Shown in pieces: positions 50,061 to 60,000 of a stretch of 60,000 bases of DNA. Position 1 is the first letter of the stretch. The number at the start of each line of letters is the position of its first letter. The DNA is from Vicugna vicugna (lineage: Eukaryota): positions 1,490,001 through 1,550,000 of the forward strand of contig MU058009.1 in NCBI GenBank assembly GCA_013265495.1, given 5' to 3'. The notes beneath the pieces are model-generated. The model was not told where the DNA came from. It saw nothing but the letters and a program-made list of their open reading frames with translations, and searched no databases. The translations under genes were made by a program, and so were the position numbers.

Positions 50061-53000
50061 AATCAGGGAGTTCTAGTTCTGGGAGAAGAGGTAAGAGCTG
50101 CCTCACTCCCTACTTTCTCAAAGCATCCTTGAACAAGGCATTGGATTTCCCAGCATGCCTTTTCCCAGATGCCTATGAAATGGGACCTTCTGAACAAAGG
50201 GGTAGAGAAAGCAATGTAGCTGGTCAGATCTGCCCACATGACACCATGCAGCTGAAGATATATTAACAGATATGCACCCCTGGAATGCCTTAGCCTGTTG
50301 TTTGATATGAATAATTCTTTATTTCTCTATAGAGAGACATTTGTGCACCTCTGAAGGTAAGAAAAGAAACGTGTTTAACCAACAAACCATTGCTCAAATT
50401 GAAGAGCATAATGGTAGGTTTATGGGTGGAGGGGCAAAAAGCAAAAAGGAAGGAAGGCTGGTGTCCACCAAGCACAAAGTCCCTCATGGTCTGCAGGTCA
50501 TGGCTGTATCCCTTATCCTCCCCACACCTCACCCCAGCTCTCCTGCCCATTAAATGGCCTCTAATGACACCTTGTCTTTGCCCTGGGCACTGGTGGGAAA
50601 AAGAAGAAAGGTAAAATTTAGACCACAGGGGAAGACTCTTAAGAAATGACTAGCTAAACAAGAAGGGGAAGAAAGAAGAGGAGGAGGGAAGTGGGGGAGG
50701 TGGGAGGGGAGACAAGAGGCCACAGGAAAAATTCCCCGAGGTGGACAGGACAGAGCAGGTAATCCTGTGGTGTGCAGATGATCTCTGAGTTGCAGGCTGA
50801 GTTCTGTGAACAGCCCTTCCCTCCTGGGCTGGGACAAGAGAAACCCACCCTCGCCAGCCTTCCTCCCTCCCCCTCCCAGGCTCTCCCATCACTTCTCACC
50901 TACATCTCCCTATTCTGTTTCTGAACAACCATTCTAGTCAATGAAGAGTGTGCTTCCCATATACTTTACCCAGATGTAAACAGTTCTCACCACCAGGCTG
51001 ACTGCAGGCAGACTTTGTTCTGTCTGCCTCCTTCAATCTCTTCTGAAGATAAAGATGAAAAGAATGGTGGGAAACTATTTTTCCAGGGACCCAGACTATT
51101 TTTCCAGCCACCAGAGACTGAACCCTCCAAACTGGAGCAAGGCTGAGAAGAGGAGGAAGAAAGACAAGCAACAGCCCAGCTCGTGTGAAGGAGGCCCCAG
51201 GGGCTGGCTGTGCTCTCCTCAGGAACTTGCTCCTGCCAGCCCGTTTGCTGCAAGACCTTTGTGACGTTTGTGGTTCCCCTATGATGAGAAAGTAATTCTT
51301 GAAGAGGAACTGTTATCCTCAATCATCAGTTTGCAAGCCAAAGCCCACCCGTGGGCCCCAGCAGTTCAGGGACCGGTGCAGGCTGTGTGCATGGCATTTA
51401 GGGTCCCAAAAAGAAATATGAAAAGAAGCACTCATGCTTGAAAGACAGGCTCAAACAACTTCGCAGCAACTTTCAACTCTGTTAGCCTGCAGAAGGCTCA
51501 CAAATTCCTCCTGACACTAGACATGGGCCGGTAATGATATATCTGATAGAAATTGCCCAGAGGCGTTCAGTATCAAAGCTTTGGAATTTGACCCAAATTC
51601 AAAACCATCACAGCCTGATTTCCTGTCAGTCATTTCTTCTTCTTCTACCCAACTTCAAAACAACTGGCTTGATGGTGGAATAGTTTCTTTATTTAGTTCA
51701 CAAGTGAAGGGAGCGGGAAGTCTTACCACAAGAAGCAAAGAGACTCACTTATATACACTTTGATGCACCTGCTCCCGAACCAAGGCCCTTCTGCGCACAA
51801 CCCTGAGCCCTAAGAGCTTCCAGAGCTTCCTTAGAAGCATTACCAACTGAACACCTTGGCACACAGCAGCCCAAGGAGCGAGGGTCATTTTCACCTTTTC
51901 GCTCCGTGGATTCAGCACTGCGACAGCTCTCAAGTCTGTCTTGTGTCGCTCTGCCTCCACGGTCTGTCTCCACTTACACTTTCTACACTTTTGATTCTCA
52001 GGAAGCCAGGGCTCCATTCAACATCTTCCCACCCCTCAGAGGCACTTCTACCCATACACACTCTTTCCTTTTTTTTTCCTTAGTCCAAGGCTTCCTATTA
52101 TTCTGAATCAGCAGCTGTTCCAAGGTCCTGATATAAAAATGTTGGTATTGATGTTCTGTTCTGGAAAGACCTCTGTCAGAGGACGTCCCCACCTTCCCTT
52201 GACCCCTTCGTTCCCCAGGAGATAACGGACCCGTGTACGCACACCTTAGCTCTGAGGCTCGGCACGCTCCTCCCTCAGCCCCCTCTCCCACTGCACGACT
52301 CCTGGGAACCCTGCCCCGGGTCTGAGGGCAGCTGAGAAGGAAGCCTCCATGCAACACGAGCCCTTACGATCTTCTCACCTAAGCCATGGTCTCCAGCCTC
52401 CTCATCAGTAAAGACACTGTGTCTGTCTTCAGCTTGTTGACTCCCTAAGACTCTCTCTCAGTATCTAAACTGGGGCAAGAAAAAAAATGGGATGCTATTC
52501 CTTTTCCTTAGGAACCCCAACGTCCAGTTTAATGAGCTGGAAAACTTCAGGCATAGAAGAGGATTGGAATTTGGAAAACTGAACAGCACGTGTAGATTAA
52601 GGTTCCCAGGGGGCCTTGCGTGCAGGCTTTGGGCCGCAGATTTTAGCAACCTTGGGAATTGCAGGGCTGCGACGTAATGCCGTGGGGCTGGTTGTCATAT
52701 TTGTCGGGTTGTGGGGCCTTGAACTAGCGCAGCCTGGGGAGGCAGATGGAGGTACCAGGCTTTAGAAGTAAACATATGAGATTTTGACCTTTTGTAAGTC
52801 ACTAGAGTTGACGGCAGTTTTGTCTGCAGACAAGTCGCTTTTGTTAACACTCGCAGACCTTACTTAGCAAAACCGTGCAGCAAATGAGGAGCTTAGGAAC
52901 CACGTGACAGGGATGCCGATTCGGGAAAGGACTTGATAAAAGGAAACAAGTTTTGCCAATACAGCCCTTCAGGCACCGTAGGGGACAGGGAGGAGCCAGG

Positions 53001-55489
53001 TGGTGGCGGGGAAGGGATGCTGCAGAAGAAGCCACGTTCCACTTGTGCCCCAGGACATTATGGTGTGAAATGCTAACTTTAAGATTTTAAACCAGGAATG
53101 GTTAGTCCTACATCAGCTACCCATAATTTTGTTCATCTTTTCATGTTGTGTTGAACCAATTTAGAGCCTAAAGAGAAAAATATAGAAGGAATAACTTTGA
53201 ATTCGTGCAGTTTACAGACAGGCTGAAGAAGAATCACCCGGAATAAATTGCATAATTTTGTTACTCATTTATGTTTAGAAGGAGACTTCAGAGTCCCGAG
53301 TTGCAGCTTCTGCCACAGAAGAATTGTTTTAGTAAACAAAGAAAAAAGAAGAGGAGTGTTTATTCTCAAAAGAATACCGTTATCTTGGGATGACATAAAG
53401 AGAAAAAACATCAATGGAAGCATTATAAACCGACAGGCTAGAAGAAAATTTAAAATACCTATGTCTAAAACTCTTGATCTCTAGAAATCAAGCCTCCTCT
53501 AGGAATTCAAGAGGATCTGGAATCGTTTGCAAAATCAAAACATGTTTGAGTCACACAGACAGAATAGGGGCAATAAAATCAAGGGAAAAAATGCTCAAAA
53601 CCTGGAAAAAATTCAAGAGGGAGCATAGTATTTTCTTCCAGTATCAGACGGAAGCACTGTTTAATAGCCCTGCCCAAGGGTTCTTTAATTTTCTGGGGAA
53701 TTTATTTATGTTTGACTTTCCTATTTCAATGCGATTTGATCCCAGACACTGCAAAGCTTCAAGTTAACTAGCATATTTCTGTCTACCAGGGAAGATAATC
53801 CCAAAGCTTACAGTTTCATTGCCCTGTTGAACATTAACCCTGATTTGGTATCCATCTTAGCAATCTTATTCTAGCGTTCTTTTTTTTTTTTTTTGTCTAA
53901 TGTCTATAAAATACCCAGTTCCTCAAAGCTGTCCTTTCTGAGCCAGCCTTACCATCTTACTGGCTCCCTCAATCATGAAAAGTTATGAATAATGTGGGAG
54001 AAATAGTCCTTCTATATGTGAATGAAGGTCATGTCTTTAACTTGTTAAAAATTATTCTTTAACCATTTTGGAGATCCCCCAGAGATGCCTACGGAGCCAA
54101 TTAAACTGTAGTGTCTGCACATTCATTTCACACATTAAGTCCAAAAAAATGTCTTTTCTTGGTTCTTGGAGTGGATCCCAGGTGGCACTACAGCTTAACC
54201 TGTCCAGGCTCTTTTTTTTTTTTTTTTGGTCTTTTTCTCCCAATTTTTTGCTTTTCTTTTTGTTTCTGTACTTAGCCAAGTTTGTTTCTGGGTCTGATTT
54301 GTGCATGGCTGATGTTAGTCCCTGCAGATGGCAGCAAGATCGGGCATCCAATCTTACCACCTGACCATTAGGTGGTTTCTCTTGGATGACAGGGATGTAT
54401 TCTAAGGTGAGAAACAGCAGAAAATCTGGCTTATTCATTTGTGTTTGTCTGTCTAATATGTCCTCTGAGAAGGAGAACTAATCTTTGAGATCTCGTCTGG
54501 TGAGTTTTTGTGTTTACCTTGACCCATGGCTGAAGTCGTAAAACTGAAGCCAGGAGATCTCTGTGTATCTATGAGTGAGGAAAGTCTTTACCTCTCAGTG
54601 TGTGAATGTGAAATATTTTTCTACCTTCAGAGTATATTAAGAAATTAGATCACAATGTTTTTTAAATTAAAGGAGCCTTGTTTTAATTAGTTTAGACAGA
54701 ATAAGTGCTTGCATAGATCTCATATTTTCCCAGAATTCAGAATGTTTTCCTAGAAAATAAAAAAACTAAACACCTAATACTTTAAGTGTATTTTTAAAGG
54801 AATAGAAGTTATTTTCATAGAAACTGCTAGCCCAGAAATATTTTTATGTAAAAATCCAAGTTTACATAATTAAAGTGAATTCATACTGGTTTGGTCATTT
54901 TGTTTGAAAATAGCTACTTTTTCCAGTCTTGATTATTAGTGTTAAGTATAATATAAACATATATTTTATTTTTATGAGATTTGATGTTCAACTAAATTAA
55001 AATATCACTGCAATAAAGTTATAGCATGTTCTATAATGTTTCATCTTAAAAATAAGTTTCATCATTTTTAGTTAATATCAACAGAACTGACACTAAATTG
55101 ATGGCCAATCTTTGTGTACCTGAACCATTTCTAAGACGTACTACTAAGACATCGATCATAATATATATTATAATTTATATACATTGGTTTCTTATTTTTA
55201 TATGTTATGAAATGACTATGCCTTTGGGTCATGTTAATAAATATATTCATCTCGCCACTTTAGAAAGTTGTAAAGTGGATGTGTGTGGATGCAGGCAGTT
55301 GTATATTGTATCCTTGCAAATCTGCGAAATGCTTGCAAGTGTTATTATCGGTCGCCTCCTCAGTTTCCTTCCTATCAACGTTGAAGTTAGTTGAGTTACA
55401 AGTTATCATCAACATGGGTGAGCAGCACTATACGAGCAGGGACTGTTGGCACAATCATGGAGTGCATTTTGGTTTATCAAGGGAAACAC

Positions 55490-55791
55490 GCACATGGGCC
55501 AGAAGGCTGAGACCCAGGGAGGAGCTGATGCTGTGGTGCAAGCCCACAGGCCATCTGCTGGGAGAATTCCTTCTTGCTCAAGAGAGGTCAGCCTTTTGCT
55601 CTAGTCAAGCCTTCAACTGATTGGATATAGCCCACCACATTACAGAAAGCAATCTGCTTTCCTCAAAATCCACCAGTTTAAATGTTAATCTCATCCAAAA
55701 AACATCCTCACAAAAACATCCAGAATAATGTATGACCAATTACCCTGGCACCTTGAATCAGCCAAGTTGACATATAAAATTAACCTCCACA
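55490..55791 (-). mobile_element. MLT2 (ERVL) LTR, MLT2C/D-like, partial
   Basis: GCCTTCAACTGATTGGAT...AATCTGCTTT...TTTAAATGTTAATCTCATCCAAAAAACA...GCCAAGTTGACATATAAAATTAACCTCCACA, the reverse complement of the MLT2 start TGTGATGGTTAATTTTATGTGTCAACTTGGC. Confidence 0.9.
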
Positions 55792-56584
55792 CTTGTTTCT
55801 CAGGCACCTGTGAGCCTTTCTTAATCAAGCCACCAGATCTACTTTGTGAACGCTTTTGAATTTGGTTTGCTAAGATCATATCCTAAATAAGAAAAAAAAA
55901 ATTACGATTGTTTTATACCCAAAATTGTTTTGGGGATTTCCCAGAAAGCTGTGAAAATCACAAAGATTTGTTCTTTCATCTTACACAAATACTAGAAATG
56001 ATTAGCTATCCTTGGTACGCTCTGGACTTCTTACAGCCCAGTGATGTTTCCATAGCTGTGTGGGAAGAGTTGTCAAATCAGAGGATAATTTTATGTAGGT
56101 AAAATGTCATTACTATAAATGTTTTAGAGACTCTATACTTTAAGAATTGGAAGTACCTGGAGATTTATTAATGCCTGCAAACTCTGTAATATGTTCTTAT
56201 CCTCAGGACAGACATTTGTCAAACCTTTGTGAAACAGTGGTGTATCATCCCCCGATAGAGAATTTGCACTTCTCCACTTGGATATTTGATGACTGTAATA
56301 AAGTAACAACACAAGCTATGATTAATTTCATCCACAAATTCTTTCTGCTCTCCTCTGATGCTCACCTGGAAGTTCACAGCTTTCATTGTGCTCAACAAAG
56401 AACAACCTCAGAGCCTCATGCAAAAGACTCTACCAAGTACTTTTAACTACTGATTTTTCAAGGAGAAGAAATTCTCAAGTATGAGCTTCAGCGCTTAAAG
56501 CTGCCAACACCGAGCCAGTTGTCAGACTGCACCGTGGGACTCAGGAGGGCTCTCCCGGAGTATTGCTAGTTCAAATGCAGATAA

Positions 56585-56751
56585 ATCAAGAGCTATATTC
56601 AACATCTTGTAGTAGCTTATGGTGAAAAAGAATATGAAAATGAATTTATGTACATTCAGGTGTGACTGAAGCGCTCTACTGTACACCAGAAATTGACACA
56701 ACATTGTAAACTGACTGTATGTACTTCATAAAAAAGGTTAAAAAAAAAAAA
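56585..56751 (+). mobile_element. Camelid-type L1 3' tail inserted in the ERV
   Basis: CTATATTCAACATCTTGTAGTAGC...GTACACCAGAAATTGACACAACATTGTAAACTGACT...poly(A). Confidence 0.9.
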
Positions 56752-56989
56752 GTAGACTGCTGTCCAAAACTCCAGCAGCACCAGAATTAATTTCATGGAC
56801 AGAATAAGTTGGTGAGGGATGTTTAATTAGGGTCATTTATTAATGTTTCTACTTTGATGGAAATAATGCAGAAGACCTTTCCTTCCCCTTTACAATCTAC
56901 CTCAGACTTTCAGTTTAGTGAACTACACTCTTGCAAACTGAAATCAAACATGTCTAAATGGTATCTGATCCTCAGTGACCAAGCAGAAT

Positions 56990-57213
56990 TCAGAAACAAT
57001 TTGAGGCTTTGCAAGCCATGTGGTCTTGAACGCCACTGCTCGATTCTGAGGAATGTATCTATCTACCTAAGTAGATTCAGCGATGAGGGTATCTCGCTAC
57101 TAAAGTAGCCGTAGATTGCATGTAAATGAGTATTGTGTTCCAACAAAGCCATGGTTACGAAACCAGACGATGGACCTGATTTGACCCAGTGGGCCTTAGT
57201 TTGTCAGCCCTGA
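56990..57213 (+). mobile_element. MER58-like hAT-Charlie MITE
   Basis: AGGCTTTGCAAGCCATGTGGTCT...AAAGTAGCCGTAGA...TGTGTTCCAACAAA...GATTTGACCCAGTGGGCCTTAGTTTGTCAGCCCTG. Confidence 0.75.
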
Positions 57214-59789
57214 TCTGACGTGTCCTGAAATGTCTCTGCTTTCTTCCTGGAGTCTGGACTCTTCCGGTGCCAGCCTAACTTCTAAGTCTAAAGGACACCA
57301 GGCCTCGGCTTTCTTTGCTGAATCTCCTTTAGGGCCCTTGGGCTGGTGAGGCTTTTCCACCACCTCCGTCTACACGATATTTTATCTCCGATGGGGTAGC
57401 GGTTAAACAGCACCAGCCCCCGTGCCCCCAAGTTGGAGTTAATTAAGAGAGAAACACAGGAGTCAGACAGGTGGGGATCAAGATGTCAGATTTTCTTTTT
57501 TTTTTTTTGACAGATAAAATCTGTTTTGGAGGATGCAGCTGAGGTCTGCGGCCAAGTGGGCAGGTAAGAACTCTGTTCTGAATTAGACCGTCACCTGCCT
57601 AATCACAAGCCATCCAGACACAGGCCTCTCCGTGTGGACCCATCCCCGTACAAGTCAGAGCGCAAGTAGCAAAGACAGCTACACTCTGCAGGGATATCTC
57701 AGGAGAGGAGTATGGAGGAGGCTAAATAATACGTTATCTCAATCAGAAAAATACTTCCACCTTCCCTGGGGAGGTTTGACTTAGAGGATTCAGAGGCCAG
57801 GGGAATTTTTTTCCGTACCAAAGATTTATCCACAATGAAGTATAAACCAGGGTGAAAAGCCAAAAGGTTTCTCCCAGTCTCTAAACAACCTTTGATCTTT
57901 TCACTCTCCTGATCAAAATGTTCAACGACCCCTCTTTCCTTAGAGCACATGTTTAATGTCTTGCTCTGATGTTAGAGACGATTAGCTACTGCCATTGCAG
58001 TATTACCCATACTTGCTACCCAGAATCACTCTGGCCAGATGAGCCCACCCATGGTCTCTAGAAGATAACGTCCGTATTGCTGCCTCCTCTCTGCACCCCG
58101 TGCAGTTGCCTCCACCTGGACCGCCCTGCTCGCCCTGCTCGCCCTGCTCCAGCCTCTGTGAAAACCTCCATGATGACTCTAGTTCTCAGTGACCTCTTCG
58201 TCCTTGAACTCCGCAAGCCTTTAGTGCCGGTCCCAATCATTAGGCACTTGCCATCTGTGTTGCCAAGTAAATTTTGCACATTTGTATTCTATCATCTCCA
58301 AATTTGGATTTTAAGTTCCTTAAAGATCAGCAACATTTAGCAGGATGCTTTGTATCCTCAAAGCAGTTAGCACAGTAATCTCACCTAAAGTAGGTGTTCA
58401 AATATTTGTTCATGGATGAGATACTCTTTAAAATGATTTGTTAAATGTTAAAATTGTAAAATGAATTTGCTAACGTTATACAGATGTATAGCAACGAGGA
58501 TTCTTCATTAATCCAAACTGCTCCCATCAGTAAAACTGAATGAGGACTTGCTGTCTTCAGAATAAGTCTCCAGGAAATTTCACATGTCTTACGCTGCTAC
58601 TGACCTAAACCCATGAAACGAGTTTTCAGCCAGGCTGTTCCCACGGCTGTGGAAATGTGGGCTTGCTGGGCTTCCTGACCACATCCTTCTTGTGAGCAGC
58701 TCAGATATTAAGGGTATTGGCTTCCAGAGATAGAAATGGTGTATTTATAGTCTTTCTTTCTCCTTTAAGAAAGTCTGTTGAATTCTGTTTTACAACCATA
58801 CAGGAGTAATTTGAAAGTATTACGACACTTGAGTGGAAAGCATAGGTCTTTCAAGTAACATTGTTCCATAAAACATTCATTGTCCAAACACGTTTTATTT
58901 TTACATTAGTAGTTCAGTGCAGATGTGGTTTCACACTGGTTAAAAAAAAAAAAGCCTTAGAAATTTGAAATGAATTTTGTGTTGTCGCACTATTGGAAGG
59001 GGACAGCACTGCCATTTAGTGTGGAAGGGCCAGGGGAAGCTAGACGCCGAGATACATAAGACATTCCCAGGCCACGAAAAGTTATCCCGCATTCCGCATG
59101 GTTGGTCTCCTTCAGTCATCCATGTGAGTGAAAACCTATTTAAAACTAGCAGAGCCTAATACTTAACTCCATTTACATATAAACACACAGGACCTAACTT
59201 CTGTACAATCTTAAAACATGGGTTTGTGCAGTTTGCATTTTCCATAAATGCAACTGCTATGTAAGTAGAGGGAAGACTGTCTTTAGTCTTGAATGGAAAT
59301 TTAACAAGCTTCATTAATCATTCTGAAAGTCACATTGCCAATGGCAGCACCGCGTAGGGCATTTGAATATCCATTGCTGCACACGCATCAGATGTAGAAC
59401 CATCTTCTCAAATATTTTCTCCATAAAGCATTTTCCAGAAGCCTCTTTTTTTCCTATAGATTTATTCAACCCACTGTCTACCCTTCTGTCATCAGTGCTT
59501 AAAACATCTTCAATTACACCTACTAATTTGGGCTACAGGTTTTTTTTTTCTTATCTAAGAATATTTTATTTTTAATTCACTGAGCACCTAATACATTTGT
59601 TAAATTTGTCTTTAAATTTTGTTCTATAATGACACTTTTACACACACCGTAAATGAAAAGAGGGAACACTTTACCCACATAGCTAACACTAGGTGCTTTG
59701 GTTTATATCTGATTGTTAAAAATTATAATAGGAAGTGGCACCACACTCTGGGCTACAATTTTTATTTACATGTTCATGTAAATAAAACT

Positions 59790-60000
59790 TTAAATTATGA
59801 ACTCCTTAAGAGCAAAGATGACGCTTTATTCATTCTTATATCTTTAAAATCTTCATAGTACCCAATATATAGCAGGCACTTTATAAATGTTTAGTGAATA
59901 TATTTATTCATGCTTGCATTTGTTATATAACAAATATTTATTTAGCACTTACTATGTGAAGCTGTGCTAGATGATAAGGATTTTTCAGGGAACAAATCAG
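59790..60000. mobile_element. L2 3' fragments (sense then antisense)
   Basis: TGAACTCCTTAAGAGCAAAGA...TAGCAGGCACTTTATAAATGTTTAGTGAAT; AACAAATATTTATTTAGCACTTACTATGTG. Confidence 0.65.

Larger units (their letters stand above)
54250..56970 (+). mobile_element. Decayed ERV1 (MER4-group-like) internal region; 5' boundary uncertain
   Basis: AT-rich MER4-group-style body; integrase C-terminal remnant GAGCCTCATGCAAAAGACTCTACCAAGTACTTTTAACTACT at 56411-56451 (EP..K../YQVLLTT, cf. EPRWKGPYQVLLTT). Confidence 0.65.

Noticed and set aside
59224..59256. Hairpin GCAGTTTGCATTT-TCCAT-AAATGCAACTGC as a pre-miRNA
   Set aside because: Stem is only ~12 bp, too short, and no known mature miRNA was recognised
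58440..59460. Possible decayed pogo/Tigger transposase on minus strand (WMT and WL..RFM-like words)
   Set aside because: Matches are only 3-5 residues and occur in the wrong domain order
1..60000. Roughly 15 CACGTG E-boxes as a clock/MYC-regulated locus; CRISPR arrays, operons or other prokaryotic systems
   Set aside because: E-box count is near the naive 6-mer expectation (~15) and needs a CpG-corrected test; the sequence is mammalian with no repeat-spacer arrays or gene-dense ORFs

Overview
Mammalian nuclear DNA, most likely from a camelid (alpaca/llama/camel). The evidence is two copies of a camelid-type tRNA-derived SINE and several cetartiodactyl/camelid-type L1 3' tails. I found no protein-coding exon, structural RNA gene or miRNA that I can recognise. 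The ORF track is explained by chance ORFs, low-complexity repeats and decayed transposon fragments, so the window reads as intergenic or deep intronic. It is rich in interspersed repeats: L1, HAL1, L2, L3/CR1, MIR, hAT and TcMar elements, an ERV1-type LTR, an ERV1 internal remnant and an MLT2 LTR. Between them lie repeat-poor blocks with regulatory-looking motifs. The main points of interest are: (1) a near-full-length (~3 kb) fossil hAT-Blackjack transposon whose transposase is still readable in fragments; (2) an orphan CpG island directly beside a ~420-bp purine tract, possibly built partly on a GC-shifted MIR; (3) three perfect NF-E2/NRF2-sMAF 10-mers and two identical 14-bp MEF2 sites; (4) candidate non-coding exons. 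I cannot support a novel biological system from this sequence alone. Repeat family names come from recalled consensus sequences, and boundaries are approximate.
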